A stretch of DNA of 64,000 bases, from assembly GCA_965153455.1 (NCBI GenBank), contig OZ234493.1:29192213-29256212 (forward strand), written 5' to 3'. Every line of letters starts with the position of its first letter. Positions within the stretch are counted from its first letter, which is position 1. The DNA comes from Sphagnum compactum. Lineage: Eukaryota. The notes below the pieces were generated by a model. It was not told the origin of the DNA. It saw only the letters and a list, made by a program, of their open reading frames with translations, and made no database searches. Shown here one piece after another: positions 24,229 to 37,526 of this stretch. The translations under genes and the position numbers were made by a program.

Positions 24229-27200
24229 TAATATGTATTCATTTTTTTTCCTTAGCTTTTGAGCTGGGATTCCTTCAAAATGAAATAAGTAGGATTTTAA
24301 AACTAAGAATGAGACTTCAAAGCAGGGGAAAAAAAAAAAAAATCTTAAATCATTAAAAATTCCCAAATTTTCAGACTAGGATTATGTTATTAGCATACAA
24401 ATTTCCCATCAAAATCTATGTTCACACTAATCCTGATAAGTGCGAAACTTGCAGCCAACACATGGAATTCCCAATCAAAATCAGAATTTCCCTCCCAAGG
24501 AAATTACAGTCTTTCGACTTTAGTACAATTTTTATGGGCTAGGGCTTTACTTGCAGTAGAGTTATTTAACCCTTTGGAATGAATGTGATGAAGTGGGGGG
24601 TTTTAATTTTTTTTTCCATTGCATTTATGCCCTTGGTGTGAATGCACCTATAGCAAATGTTTATAATATCTAGCAAGATTGTTTGTGGCATGTATGTTTT
24701 AGTGAGAAGGGAGCATATTATAGATCAAGATTATGATATGTCAAATGGTTGTGTCAACTGTTAAATGTTAACAGCAATAAGAGGAGATTGATTTCTACAC
24801 TAATCTTGGGATTTAGGGTTTCAGAAAGTTGAAATAAATCTGTTACACTTTGGGATTTGTTGCTTCTTCTTGTAATTTGTAAATGCTACTGCTGCAAACC
24901 ATTATAAGAGTTTGCACCCAAAAAAATTGTTTAAGCTTAAATAGACAATAAACATTAGAAAGGTTCCTCTTTTTCTCAACCCTTGGCATGTAGTGGAGTT
25001 CAAAGTGTGAGCATAGTTGATTACTTAGTTTTAGTGACTGAAATGTACGCAATAATTAATTAAAGGATTGAAAAAGCCTTCATCCAAATGTGTAAATGGT
25101 AGCCTAACCAGAGGAGTAGGGTATCATTCTACCCATTCTTCTATGCATCTGAAGATAATATATAGCTTTCCACTTTTACCCTAAGGTGACATGACTAACA
25201 TCTTTCCATTAGGATGTTCTGATCACAGATTCTCTGATCTCAACAACTATGTTTTCCCAACTAGGGGTACTCACAGTCATGTCAGAGCTTTTACTCTACA
25301 AGCTTTCAAGTGTAACAGATTGCAGGAGCTATGAGAGTTCTGAGTTAAACTGTGAGTTATGATAATATGACATCTATCCTTTTTCTCATGAGAAAATCTG
25401 TTCCAAAAGTTTGCAACATGATAAACTACACATTTTCAACACAATTGCAGCTCCCCAATGGAAAGTGACTACGATGCAGCAAGAAACAAGGCCTTATGCC
25501 AGTGGCTTTTCATTAGGCTGCTATGATCAGAGTTACACACAGTGTTTTCATGAAGGAACTGGTAAAGAACCATCGACTACAAAGGCTGTCCCTTGAACAT
25601 TTCAATTTTGAGAACCATGGATATAGATAAGGAACTGGTGGTTCTTTTGACTTTTTGAGAACCAAGAAAGGTGATGGACCTAAGAACCTGTTCTTGATAT
25701 TGGCCCAAACACAGCTTTTACATGTTGTTGTGGAGGCACAAAGGGTCATTGGGGGTGATTCATTGTTTGGTCTAGAGGCCAATTTGGTGTATTGACTATG
25801 GGGGAGCCATTTGGGAGCCATTTGCTGGTTGCTCAACATGGGTACTTATTACGAGGATTTTGTGATGCAATTGGAGTGCGTTTTGTAAAGCTTGCTGTCA
25901 TCTTTTTCCCGTGCTACTTGGAGAGTACCCCTGGTATAATGAGAAAAGAAAATCTGTGACAATTCTTACAATATGTAAACCCCCCGGGTTGGGCTTTACC
26001 AGATAGTTAGAAAATGAGCAAAAAGCAGGCAAAATTCGAAGGCTCTGAGAAAAGGGTTTCTGAGTTTTGGCTGAAAGATGCTATGTTGTTGGGAAGCAAA
26101 GCGATTTTGGCAGCCAGGCGATTTCCTGAAAAGAACTGACAAGGAGCTTCAGAAAATCGGGTAGCCAGGTGATGATGGCTTGGGTGGAGGGCAGGGATTT
26201 TAAAATAATAATAATAATAATAATTGTGACATAATAAATTTGGTGAAATTTTCAAAAGATTTTTAAAAATTATTATATAGTTGAAAAAAATTTCTAAAAA
26301 TTTCCCAATTTTTTGTTGAAAAATCTACAAAATCTGTTGAAAAGATTTACACTTCACATTGCATGGTATGATGAATATTTACAAGTACTGTAGTCTAATA
26401 TCAACTTCCACATTGGCAAAACAAATAATTAACTTCTCTCAAAAATCAAGTTGTTTTTAAAAGTTTGATTTTTTCTTTCGGTTTCATGATCATTAATTGT
26501 CTAGTATGAAATTGTCATATAGAAACATTGTTGTTATTGTTTTTTGGGAGAATTTTCAGCACTTGGCAACCCAGAAAATCCAGTGCAACTCACACAAAGA
26601 AATTTTGTGAAAAAAAGTCACCAAATTTTGAGGAAATGTTTTATGAAATTGTCATAATTAGTAAGTATGTTTGAGTGGATCGCCAAAATATCAGGAGTCT
26701 TAAATTTCATACTTTCCTCTCTGACCTATAGCCAAATTTGGCCAATTCCTTTTGTGGATGATAGCTAGTGTGGCTACATTACAAATTTTAAAATAAAATA
26801 AGCCCCTCCATATGAGTAATGAAATTATTCAGATTGTAACTTGTGACGATTATGAAGGTTTTCACCACCTCAACATATTATTTTCAGAAAAAAAATTCAT
26901 TTCAACATTTAAAGGATTATTTAATGATGAAACTGACCTTATGGTGAGGTATTCTTAAGACTCGGTAAAGCACTTGCTCTTCTGACAACCGAGCTATAAC
27001 ATAAACCAACCGCTGCAATGTGCTCACTGAATACCTTAGCCTAGGGTTAGTTTCCACATCGACTAAACAAATAATTTATTTTTTCCGAAAAAATAATTCT
27101 TTTTTAAAATTTGAAATTATTACGATCTATTGTGATATTGTCACATGAGTACTGAATTTACTCAGAGTGTAACCTATAACATGTTGAAACTTCATATTTT

Positions 27201-27415
27201 TGCAAAAAATTATTTCACTATTTTGAGGATCATTTTATGACAAAACTGACCTTAAGATAAGGTATACCACTCCAACATGAGTGATAAGAAACTAAAAACT
27301 CTAAACCCTAAACCCTAATTTCCCAGCCCAACCCATTGCTCCCAAAGAACAAACTGATGGATGGATAGTGAGACTTTACAGAGACAATCATGCTTCAAAT
27401 GCCTTCAGTTGTCAT

Positions 27416-27690
27416 GCGGGTTTTTAATTTTGTTAATAATCCTTGAATGAGTGTTGTGGGCAGGTATTTAATGTTGTTTATAATCCTTGAATGAGTGTTG
27501 TGTGCGGGTATTTGATTTTGTTAATAATCCTTGAATGAGTGTTGTGGGTGGGTATTGAGTGTTGTTTATAATCCATGAATGAGTGTTGTGTGCGGGTATT
27601 TAATTTTGTTAGTAATCCTTGAATGAGTGTTGTGGGTGGGTATTGAGTGTTGTTTATAATCCTTGAATGAGTGTTGTGTGCGGGTATTTG
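27416..27690. repeat. 44-bp minisatellite, ~6 copies, with alternating A/B (88-bp higher-order) structure
   Basis: The core ATAATCCTTGAATGAGTGTTGTG (or a single-base variant) starts at 27436, 27480, 27524, 27568, 27612 and 27656. Confidence 0.95.
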
Positions 27691-28756
27691 TTGCCGAAGC
27701 CAATCAGAGTACAACACTAAACCTTAAAATGAGTAAGATTAGAAGCAACCAATTTTCCCTGAATTCCTATTTATTTCAAACATGAAAAGTTTGAAATTAT
27801 GTTCACATTGAAATCAATTCTTGCCCTACTTATCCTAAAGTACTTAAAATAATTAGGATAATAACATATAAATATCATAAAATTCTTGACAAACATGCCT
27901 TCAAATTACTCAATCAACCTAATTTTTACATTACAAAAAAGATGGCAAAGAATCCAATCCAAAAGCAAATCCCTCTTCACAAATAGATTACAATAATTTG
28001 AGAAATGTGCCTCAAAATCACCCAAATATAATATAATCTTAAATCAATTTATCAAGTGATCGAACTCGATCTTGATCATTGAAAGGGCGATTGGATTTGA
28101 TTTTGGCCATCCCATAGGCAATTGAAAGAGAACCCCGACCCCCCTTTTTTTTCTTGAAGCAATCAGACTGAAGTGCAATGGCGACTGAATTTTAATCTCA
28201 GCCGTCCATGTGTAAGAAATTTTAAGGAAAAAAAAAACTGGCTGCAACTCCTTTAAATTGACATGGACACAAATTAGATGTATGGTTATCAACAAAATGA
28301 TATGATTAGTAATAAAATATGTTATTCACAAAATGATGGAATTAGTAATTAATTAATTAATTAATCTCTACCCAATCTCTTATTGACAAAATAATGTAAT
28401 TAATAGTTAATTTGTACTGGATCTCTTAATGACAAAAATTATGCAAATTAGAACTTTATCTCTGGCTAATCTCTTATTGACAAAAATGACACAAGTTACC
28501 ACTAGTAGGTAGTAGTTAATCTATTGCCAACAAAATGTGATTTTAGTAGTTAATATTCTCTTTTTGTACCTATTGAACCCCTTTTTTCTTATGAAAAGTT
28601 ATAAAATCATGGAGCCACACTTTCTTTAAAAAAACTACTACCTACTAAAATGGAGTACCTATAAACTTAATCAAAACCCATAATCCAACGCACCAAGAAA
28701 AAGAAACAAATTGGAAATTGGGAGGGAGGGAGGGAGGGAGGGAGGGAGTGAGTGAG

Positions 28757-29215
28757 TTTATTATTGAAAAATCTTCAAAAATAGGTAGATTATCAAAAAT
28801 ATTTTAAAAGATGTGTATAATGATGTTTTTTTAAAAACTAGGTACATTATGAAAAATCTTCAAAACTAGGTATATTATGAAAGGTCTTTAATAGTAGATA
28901 GATTACGAAAAATCTTTAACAATAGGTAGATTATGAAAAATCTTTACTACTAGGTATATTATTGAAGATCTTTAAAAGTAGGTATATTATGGAAGATCTT
29001 TAAAAGTAGTTAGATTATGAAAACTCTTTAAAAATAGGTAGATTATGAATAATCTTTAAAACTAGGTATATTATGGAAAATCTTTAAAACTAGGTGTATT
29101 ATGGAAGATCTTTAAAAGTAGGTAGATTATGAAAGATCTTTGAAAGTAGGTAGATAATGAAAGATCTTTGAAAGTAGGTAGATTATGAAAAATCTTTAAA
29201 ACTAGGTAGATTATG
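28757..29215. repeat. ~28-bp minisatellite (AGGTAGATTATGAAAAATCTTTAAAACT-like), ~15 copies
   Basis: AGGTA(G/T)ATTATG recurs with a ~28-29-bp period. Confidence 0.92.
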
Positions 29216-29735
29216 GTGTAAATTGTGCAAAGACTTGTAACAAGTGCTGTTTCAAGATATTGTAACTCTATAACTAATCTCAAGTTCAACACAAGCCGAA
29301 ATATCAATTTTCAGAAATCCTCATATGAAAATAGACCTATTATTACCTGGGGGCCAAAATCCCTTAAGCTACTATACTCTATACTGAATCTAAACACAAT
29401 ATCCTTGCCTTGGTAGGCAAGGCCAACAAAATGTTAACTTAATTATTGTTGAGAAAGGCCAAGACAAGAAGGTGATGAAGAGGGAAGGAGTGAGGGGGGA
29501 AAGAAAGGGAAGGGGTGAAGGGTATAAAACAGACCCATACCCGTTTGAGTTTCTTCTCTATTGCAATACATGCACACACACAGACACAATAGGGACAAGC
29601 TTTCTTCTTGTGTTGTGTGAAGCAAACTGTAGCCGGCAAAGCAAGCCAGCAAGCACTGCAGCTTCTGCGTGCTTTGTGTTTCCACGCACGGACACAGCAA
29701 GTCTTTGCTTCTTGCTTCTCTCTGCAAAACTAAAA

Positions 29736-30190
29736 CTGTTTTCCTCAATATCCGGATTATTGTTAGAGTCGGGGAGTGGCGGTATTTTTGTTGTTGCATT
29801 GTGAGAGGAAGAGGGGGAGGCACAAAAAAGAGGAGGAGGAGGAGGATTGTTGAGCTTTAGGATTGCGTCTGGAAGTGAATCATATAACGGTAGAAGCAAA
29901 CCTGACGTTTGAAAATTTTGAAGAGACAGTCGAGAGACGAAAGACAGAGAGACAAAGATAGACAGAGAAACGAGAGATCTGTTTTCTCAATATTTGGATT
30001 GTCGGGGTCGGGGAGTGGTGGCATTGTTACATTTTGAGAGGAAGAGGAGGAAGCGGATTCTTGTGATTTCGGATTGCGTGTGAAGTGGATCGTATAGCGG
30101 TAGAAGCAAACTTACCTTGAAGATTTTGAAAGAGAGAGTCGAGAGAGACAGAGTGACAGAGAAAGAAAGAGAGACGAGAGACGAGAGAGA
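29736..30190 (+). repeat. Diverged tandem duplication (~210-240 bp) in the AHP 5' region
   Basis: CTGTTTT..TCAATAT at 29736/29979; GTCGGGGAGTGG, GAGAGGAAGAGG, GGATTGCGT and GGTAGAAGCAAAC (29889/30099) are repeated in the same order. Confidence 0.85.
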
Positions 30191-30257
30191 GAGCGCTGTG
30201 TGGCGGGGTTAGGAAGAAGCAAGAGAGTGTGAAAGACGGGACGAGGCAGCTTCCAAT

Positions 30258-32248
30258 ATGGGGAAGAATAGTGTGGCGGGGTTGTCAGGGAAGGAAGAAG
30301 AGGCAATGCAACTGGCAGCGGTGAAGCAGCAGTACATCGAGCACATGGATAGTCTTCGTGCAGAGGTGATGGTTTCTTGCACGCAATCCGGAAAATCATT
30401 GCAATCGATTTCAGATCCCATTGCGCTAGCATTGTAGTTTGGATATCATATCACCACGACAAGAACTTGAAAAAACGAAACGTAAACAAATGTGTTTCCC
30501 CCTGCTTCTTCTTCCTCTTCTTCCAAGCAAAGTCTTCTTCGTTTACAATTGCGTGAGTTCTAATGTCCTTTTGGCACCTGCTTCCGAACACATTCCCAAG
30601 TCAGAATAGTTGGATCTGACAATCGGTGCAAATGATGAGCAAATGGTTGGCAGGAGCTGCTAGATGATCAATTCTTGGAGCTCCAGCAATTACAGGATGA
30701 AAGCTCCCCGGACTTCGTGGAGGAGGTGGTGCTGTTGTTCATTCAGGACTCTGGAAGAATAATACAAAACTTGGCTGATTCTCTGTAAGCACCTTGTGTT
30801 TTTCTGTTAATCAATCTTTGTTGTTTGCTGCAAAGAGATATACTAGGCAGGTCACGCATGATTTGCACCTCATTGCAATAGGGGAGGGAGGCTTTGTTTG
30901 AATGCAACCTAGGGTTCAAATGGGCCTTGAAGATTCTTCAGTTGGAACTGAGCAACAAACAATCACCCATTGAAAATTTGCCCGGAAAAATTGCAAAACT
31001 ACTCCTGTCCTTGATACAGCAACAGCTTCTTCTTATTAAGAAAGAAAGGGTCACTTTGTATAACAGGGAGCAGAAGCCAGTGAACTTCAAGAAGGTGGAT
31101 GCACATGTGCATCAGTTCAAGGGCAGCAGCTCTAGGTGATGATTGCACTCATTATGTGCCCAAGTTTCACCACATCAAACAAGACAGCCATATATATTCT
31201 ATTGCACATACATATCTGAGCTTCCTCATAAAGATATATTCTCACACTGAATTACTAGACCAAACTTTGTTGTACCCAGTTGTTGTTCTTTGATCATGCA
31301 GAATGCATGTGAATTGTGCAGTCAGCTCTGTGGGATAGGATTCAGGAGTGAATGTTTTGTTTTTAGCTGTGTTTCTGTCACCAATGATGTGAGCAGGGTT
31401 TGTACACTGACTTGGGTGGATGAAAATGCTGTGCATGGAAATGTCAGCATTGGCGCAAAAAGAGTGAAAGCTGTGTGCATTATACTCCACATGTGTTGTG
31501 ACAGACAAGACCAACAAGGGTGAGAGTTCTTTCATAAATCCAAGCAGACTTTGGCTACATTTCTGTTCCTTGTATATGATATTACACTGGCATTTGTAAG
31601 CATTCTGAGCGAGTAAAATCCTGTCAATTTTTTCAAGATTGTTGTACTGCTCCTGTGCAGACCTGTGTTGAGGAGCTGAAAAGAAAGTGCTCCAGTTATT
31701 AGAAGATGGCAGTATGCTTGTGTAATTTTTGTCTGGTTCATTTGCCACTAGTTAGCTGCAGAGAGTTGCTTATTAATGCCTAACTACTGAAAGCAGTAGA
31801 ATGTTTTCCCTTTGACATCCGTACCAGGTGCCTGTTTGCATTGGAGCATGTGAAGAGAGAGTTTGATCTTATCAAGGGCAAGCTTGAGACTATGCTTGAA
31901 GTAAAGAACGAAACAAAATCCTTCCATTTTGATTCTCAGCAACAACAATGCTACACTTCCATTGCCAGTCTTAAGTTTTTCTGTAAGATGAATATGACAT
32001 TCATCAAGCAGTGTGGTGATGTTCAGTTTCATATGTATATACATACGTACTTGATCCTGGGGATATGGTGAAGACTTTCTGGTATTTTCTCAGATATATG
32101 GGATGTTGATGATCAGTGATGACTGATGCATCACTTTTGCATATGTTGTCTGCCATTCTGACTGTCACTCTAAAATCATGTGTTGGTGCAGCTGGAGAAA
32201 CAGATTGTAGCACTGGGGGGCACTCCTCCATTTCTCAACAAGTTGTAA
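30258..32248 (+). CDS. AHP: Histidine-containing phosphotransfer protein (HPt/AHP), 169 aa
   Basis: Exons 30258-30365, 30654-30784, 31067-31135, 31448-31519, 31828-31900 and 32192-32248 are all GT-AG and total 510 nt in frame. The protein contains [25 protein letters not shown] and the phospho-acceptor motif [17 protein letters not shown]. The exon layout is typical of plant AHPs. Confidence 0.96.
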
Positions 32249-34292
32249 AGCTAGCACACTCATCAGGCAAACATACAGCCAATGCAGTCACCCCTTTGTA
32301 CAGACAAATAAATGAACACCCCTATTTTTGAATCACATTGTGAGGTTGTGGCTGAGATATGTAACCCGAGTGCAATTGGTGTAGCTATCACATGGCTACC
32401 TGGGTGGCCTCTTGAAATTTGATCCAGGTGTACAGTTGAATTGGAGCTTTCGGGATTCAACATCCAGGTCAAACCAAGTTGATATAAGATAAGAATCGAA
32501 TTCGCTTTCTTCCCATCGATCCTCAAACACTCTTGCTGTCAGTTTTGAAGCTGCTTTCTTGTGCAAGCACACCTGCATACATATGTTAAGAAAGAACAAA
32601 CATGTCCATCATCAATAGTCCGAGAGAGCTTCCTGTTTCTTCTTCCTGTTTTTCGTCCTTGTCTTTTATTCAGGCACAACTCTATTTTCTTCCAGCCTCT
32701 TGGGAGGGATTTCATGTATATCTATGTTTCCCCATTTGTTTTCATATGAAGCCTGCCTGATGGCATTGTTTAAGTCTTCTATTTGCTCATGCTTGAGATA
32801 TCACGTAGACTTCTCAGACAACAGTAGTTGCCAAAGATGGCAGTTGATATTTTCTGAGTAGCAAAGAAGCTGGCCTTTCATACTCCCTTGAAAGCCAAGT
32901 TACCAGAGAGAAACAGATCATAAATTGTATTATGGAGTGTGTTGTGTTGTACAAGCCCATTATGCCTGGTGAGGTGCCTGTGAGGAATTTGGGTGAGCCT
33001 GAATTTTCAACAGGCAGTGAAACAGGCACAATGGCATGTACATGGCAGGCTCCATTGCATAATGGTTTTCATGGATTTGCATAATTAGTCATATGGATTT
33101 GGTCGTATGGATTTACATAATGGTCCTGGGGATTTTGGAGAATGGTCTTGTAGGTGATAGGTCTATGGCACCTGCCCAATTAGATCTAGTAGACTCCACA
33201 GTACTCCTCTTTTGTGCATTGTAAGGGGACCAAACTGAGGCAACAACAAAAAAAATTTGGGTCTTCCAGTTGGAAACTAGGTACTTGATCCTAGAAGTGA
33301 AAGTACATCTCCTTGTAAATCTCTCAAAATTGATCCTGTCTACAGTGGGGCTGTGTACAGAAGAATAGAATATAATAACTCTTGTGAGGAGCGAGAAATC
33401 TCCGCACTCATGATGATTAAGGGAACCAGGACCAGGCAAAAAAACCATTTCCTTTTTCAAAATCAAAGAAAAGCTCCCAGACAAGGAGTGGAAATGCGGG
33501 AAGAAGAAACGCACAGAAAGGAAAGACTAGAACAAAAAGAACAATAAAACTAGCAATATAAGAGAGAAAATATAATTATGTGGTAATTACTAATTACCCT
33601 GACAACAATCCTGTAATTATGTACATGGGGCAATGGAATTCATCTCTGCCTGAAGTCACCACAAAACTTGGGAAAACTCCTACGACATCCAACCTGTGTA
33701 ATTATTACCTTGGTGCTGGACATTGCATTTTGCAAAAACACCACCCCATGTGCAGTGCAGGGTGGACCAGTACAAAAGTTATGGTCACCATTTTTCCAGC
33801 AAGTTTTGCCCATGTGCACATGATAACAAACTCCCACATTGTCGCCTGCAAAGAAAGGCAGAATTAGTTCGATTGTATACACAAACCACCAAGAGCAGTC
33901 TCTTCAAGAAATTGCATTGAAGCCAACTGTAACAATTTCTCTTAGTGTGCCAATGACAGCCTTCCACGTAGCACAGCTCTCTGAATATCCAAGACCTATC
34001 ACCTACAAGGAACTAGTGAAAAATGTAATTACCGGTTTTGGTTCTTCAACAAGCCAGAAATTCTGTATAAATTGCATTTATACCCAGCTGCAATGGATGA
34101 TCAATGATTACATGGGTGCATAATGAGCACTCCTCTCTGTAGCTAAGCAATCAATGGAAACATAGAGCAACTAGACATTGTCTGTTAAAAAAGCAAATTA
34201 ACACATTGTATGCAACCTATCTGGAACATCCTATCTAAATTCCCTTCCCACATCTTGATGAATGAAATACAGGAAAATCCTAGAAAAATCCT

Positions 34293-37200
34293 TTACAAGC
34301 TATGGGTGTTAGCCAATCGTGCAACCCGGCGACTCTGCAAGCTCCTACTCCTTTTCAACTCTCTGCGCCTTCGCCTAGCTTCTGTAGCTGCAGCTGCTGC
34401 TCCAGATAGTCCAGGAGCTGTCACACAGTTTGCTTTAAAAGACACACCTATGCCACCAAATGATGAAAAGACACTTGGATTCACCAACTTAGACATGTGT
34501 GGCATCTGCCCAGCAGGCAGGTAGGAAGAAGTATCACCTGGATGCAATGATGAGGAAGCCCTCGGCCTACCTTCTACTTTAAAGCTTGGCTGCACCATGC
34601 CTGTAAGAGGCAAGGATTGATGGAATGCAGAATCTAATGTTTTCCTGCCTACTTGAAGCTTGGATTGCCCAATCTGTTCTTCTGACTTCACTATGCCATC
34701 CTCCAATGGTGAGCACAAAATGTGCTTCCCTCCATTATTCAGACCCATGCCAGTTTTACATCTCTTGGTCGCTCCATCAATTGTTGTGTCAGATTTTTGC
34801 AAAAAACTAGAAGGCTGAGAAGTTGATCGTGCCACAGGCATGGCTTCTGAGAGAGCAGGGACATTGAGATGCTGACCAAAATATGAAGAGCCAGATAAAT
34901 TTGCTGCAAAAGGCAACACAGAAGACATAGCTGCCCTCCGTACATCCTGGCTGATTCCAGCATTCAGTGCTGCAGTTGCTGCCATGGTAGCCGTAGCAGC
35001 CACTGAACTGTAATCTGATCCAAACCCCCTGTCAACTCTTGCTGATGAAGCTTGACTGACAGCTGCAACTTGGGCCAATGCAAAGGCCCACCAAAATTGT
35101 GGCAGGGGCAGTCTTGTGTATGGTGCAACTGGCATCATTGGTACTACAGAACCTGGCCTAGTTGAAGATGGTGACTCCTTCATGCCATTAGCAGCAAGCA
35201 GAGAAGCCTGCACAGCACAGTTATTGGTCTCAGCACAATCTCCAACACACCAGGCGGCATTAATCTCATGCTCAAGAGAGAGAAGTCAAAAGCCTCATGT
35301 ATAAGAGAGAGAGGTTTGATTGGAACACGACTGCACACAGATGTCCCACCTGCTCTTTGAGACGATGGTTCACTTCCAGTAGAGCTTTGTACTCTGCAGT
35401 CTGCAACTCCAGTTTCTGCATACATATTTAAGAACTGCATGCTTAACAAGTCCTCAAGGAGTATCCAGCTTCAAAGAACCTGAACTAAAAATGCAGTTAT
35501 AAACCAAAAAATCAACTTCAACCAAATGCTGCATCCCACCTTCTTCAAGTCTTCCTTTTCTGATGAGAGACTTGTTGCCTTCTGAACCAACTGCTCACAC
35601 AGCATCTACAAGAGCCCAGCAACTGCTCAGAGATGTCTCATTGAAGAGGCAAACAGAAAAATGAGAAATATAAAGTATGAGAATGACAGTGAGCAGAATA
35701 GACATAACTAACTCAAGAATCATTTGCACATTGGTTTACAGGGAAGCACAATCGCTCCCCACAGGTCCTACAAAATGTGAACACAGCCTTCTGCACTATT
35801 TCTGTCAGTGAGTTGAGACCCTAGCTCAGCAGGTTTCATCTTCTATCTTGATCTCAAAGACTCATTGATCTACAGCATAGAACATTCACCAAGGTGTACC
35901 TCATAACCGTAATAATTACCTGCTTTCTTCTAATGGTTTGCCTTGCAGATTCCCTATTTGCTTGCACTCGGCGAAGTCTTCGGGCCTCCTTTTCCTCCTG
36001 ATCTCAAGCAATGACAGAGTTGTGCTAATCATTTGTAACAGAAGCTTCATAACCTGTCTAATCTGATTTTCAGTCTCAAGCACTCCATAAGTCCACATGT
36101 TCTCAATATTTTGCTATCCTAGAATAAGAGCAAAATAAAGCGCTCAAAGACCTGTTCACCAAGCAATAGAGGGTTACATACAAGCATTACCTCACTCATA
36201 GCAGGCTTCAGTTTCCCTGGAACAAATGCACCTGACCTCTGCCTTTGCCTGCTCTCCAGCTTCACTGGAAAAACTTCAGCTTTGACTGCTTCATTCAAGT
36301 TAATGAGTTTAGACCCGATTTGCATTCCTGGATGTCCATACACTTCACCTCCATGAACATTTGGCAAGACCCCCAATGAGGGAATGAGTTGTAAGCCAAC
36401 ATCCTCAGTCTTCACCTGGACAGATGGCGTATCATGTTGTGGAGGTCTTGGCTTTCTTTGAATGTCTAACTTTGGAGCAACTGCCACAGGTGTCAACTCT
36501 GCAATGTTCTCCTCGACCTGAAACAAGAGGAAAAAAAAGTGAACAATTGTGAATCATCAGCACCGCAGAACATGCATCAACTTCTGCAGCAAACAAGCTC
36601 AATAACCCTAGAAGTCAACACCCCCATTGAGAGAGACAAGCTCCTGCACCTTCGGTTTGTGGAGAACAGAAAGCGTCTTGATAGGTGGCATTGCTGTGAC
36701 CTGCTGAAATGCAGAGCATGCAACAATGGTCCCCTTTTCTAACTTTGGGAGCAGGGTGGCATCTGATTTCAAAGCAGGTAATGGAGAGCTTGGACTCTCA
36801 GCACGTGAGTTGGGCTGCATTGACTCAAGGCTGGATTCTGAACTGGGCTTGTGCAGCCTGAAATCACTATCCAGGTCCATGCCCACACCTGCAGTCACTC
36901 CACTTCTTTCCTCCATCACAGTATCCTCTTCCTGTTTTGTCAAGTCATTGCCTGTCTGAATGACCTCACTACCAGGGGTGTAAGATGTCGGGAAGAGATC
37001 CAAAACAGGTGGCTTTTCAGAACATCTTGTTGAACTGTCACTCGGCTTGTCTGCACACTCTGGCTTCCTGCTTCTGCTGGATCTCTGCCTCTTCTGTGTC
37101 CAGTGCACAACATTCTTAACAGACATTACTACTGCTGCTGCTGGAATTGGAGAAGGCACCCCACCAAACAACGCATAAAGAGCCTGGGCAGCATTGAAAG

Positions 37201-37522
37201 CCTGTTCTGCATCTAGCTCAGGTGTGACTTCCTCCTCAGACACAAGTCTGGTGCTCTTTTGTTTCCTAGGACACGCTTTTATGACAACTTCATCTTTGCT
37301 TCTCACTGATTTCAATGGCACGAACCTCTCCAGACTCCTGTGTGACCAGCTAGGTTCTGGTTCAGCTAAACCTCTTTTCCTTTTCACCAGGTGGTTATGC
37401 TCTCTGTCCTTGCTTCTTCTGTTATACAGTTCCTGGTCTTCATCAGGCACAATCTCAACTGCAGTTACAGGTCCTGTTGGTGCAGGTTCCTCCTTCATTT
37501 TTGCTGCACGCTCTTCAGACAT
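34293..37522 (-). CDS. bZIP62: bZIP transcription factor, group J / AtbZIP62-like, ~757 aa
   Basis: Minus-strand coding exons 37522-36701, 36517-36191, 35997-35920, 35605-35540, 35415-35350 and 35207-34293 are all GT-AG and phase 0. Basic region EEKEARRLRRVQANRESARQTIRRKQ, zipper MLCEQLVQKATSLSSEKEDLKKKLELQTAEYKALLEVNHRLKEQ, and C-terminal AAAATEARRRRREL motif. The first-exon donor and the start codon are the least certain parts. Confidence 0.9.
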
Positions 37523-37526
37523 CAAT

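Noticed and set aside
27298-27320. Interstitial telomere
   Set aside because: Only about two perfect AAACCCT units; such short runs are common.
27416-27690. CRISPR-like constant core plus variable linker
   Set aside because: The linkers are two recurring related variants rather than unique spacers; the context is eukaryotic and there are no cas genes.
31242-31748. 168-aa minus-strand ORF
   Set aside because: It is antisense to AHP exon 4 and its introns, with no recognisable domain.
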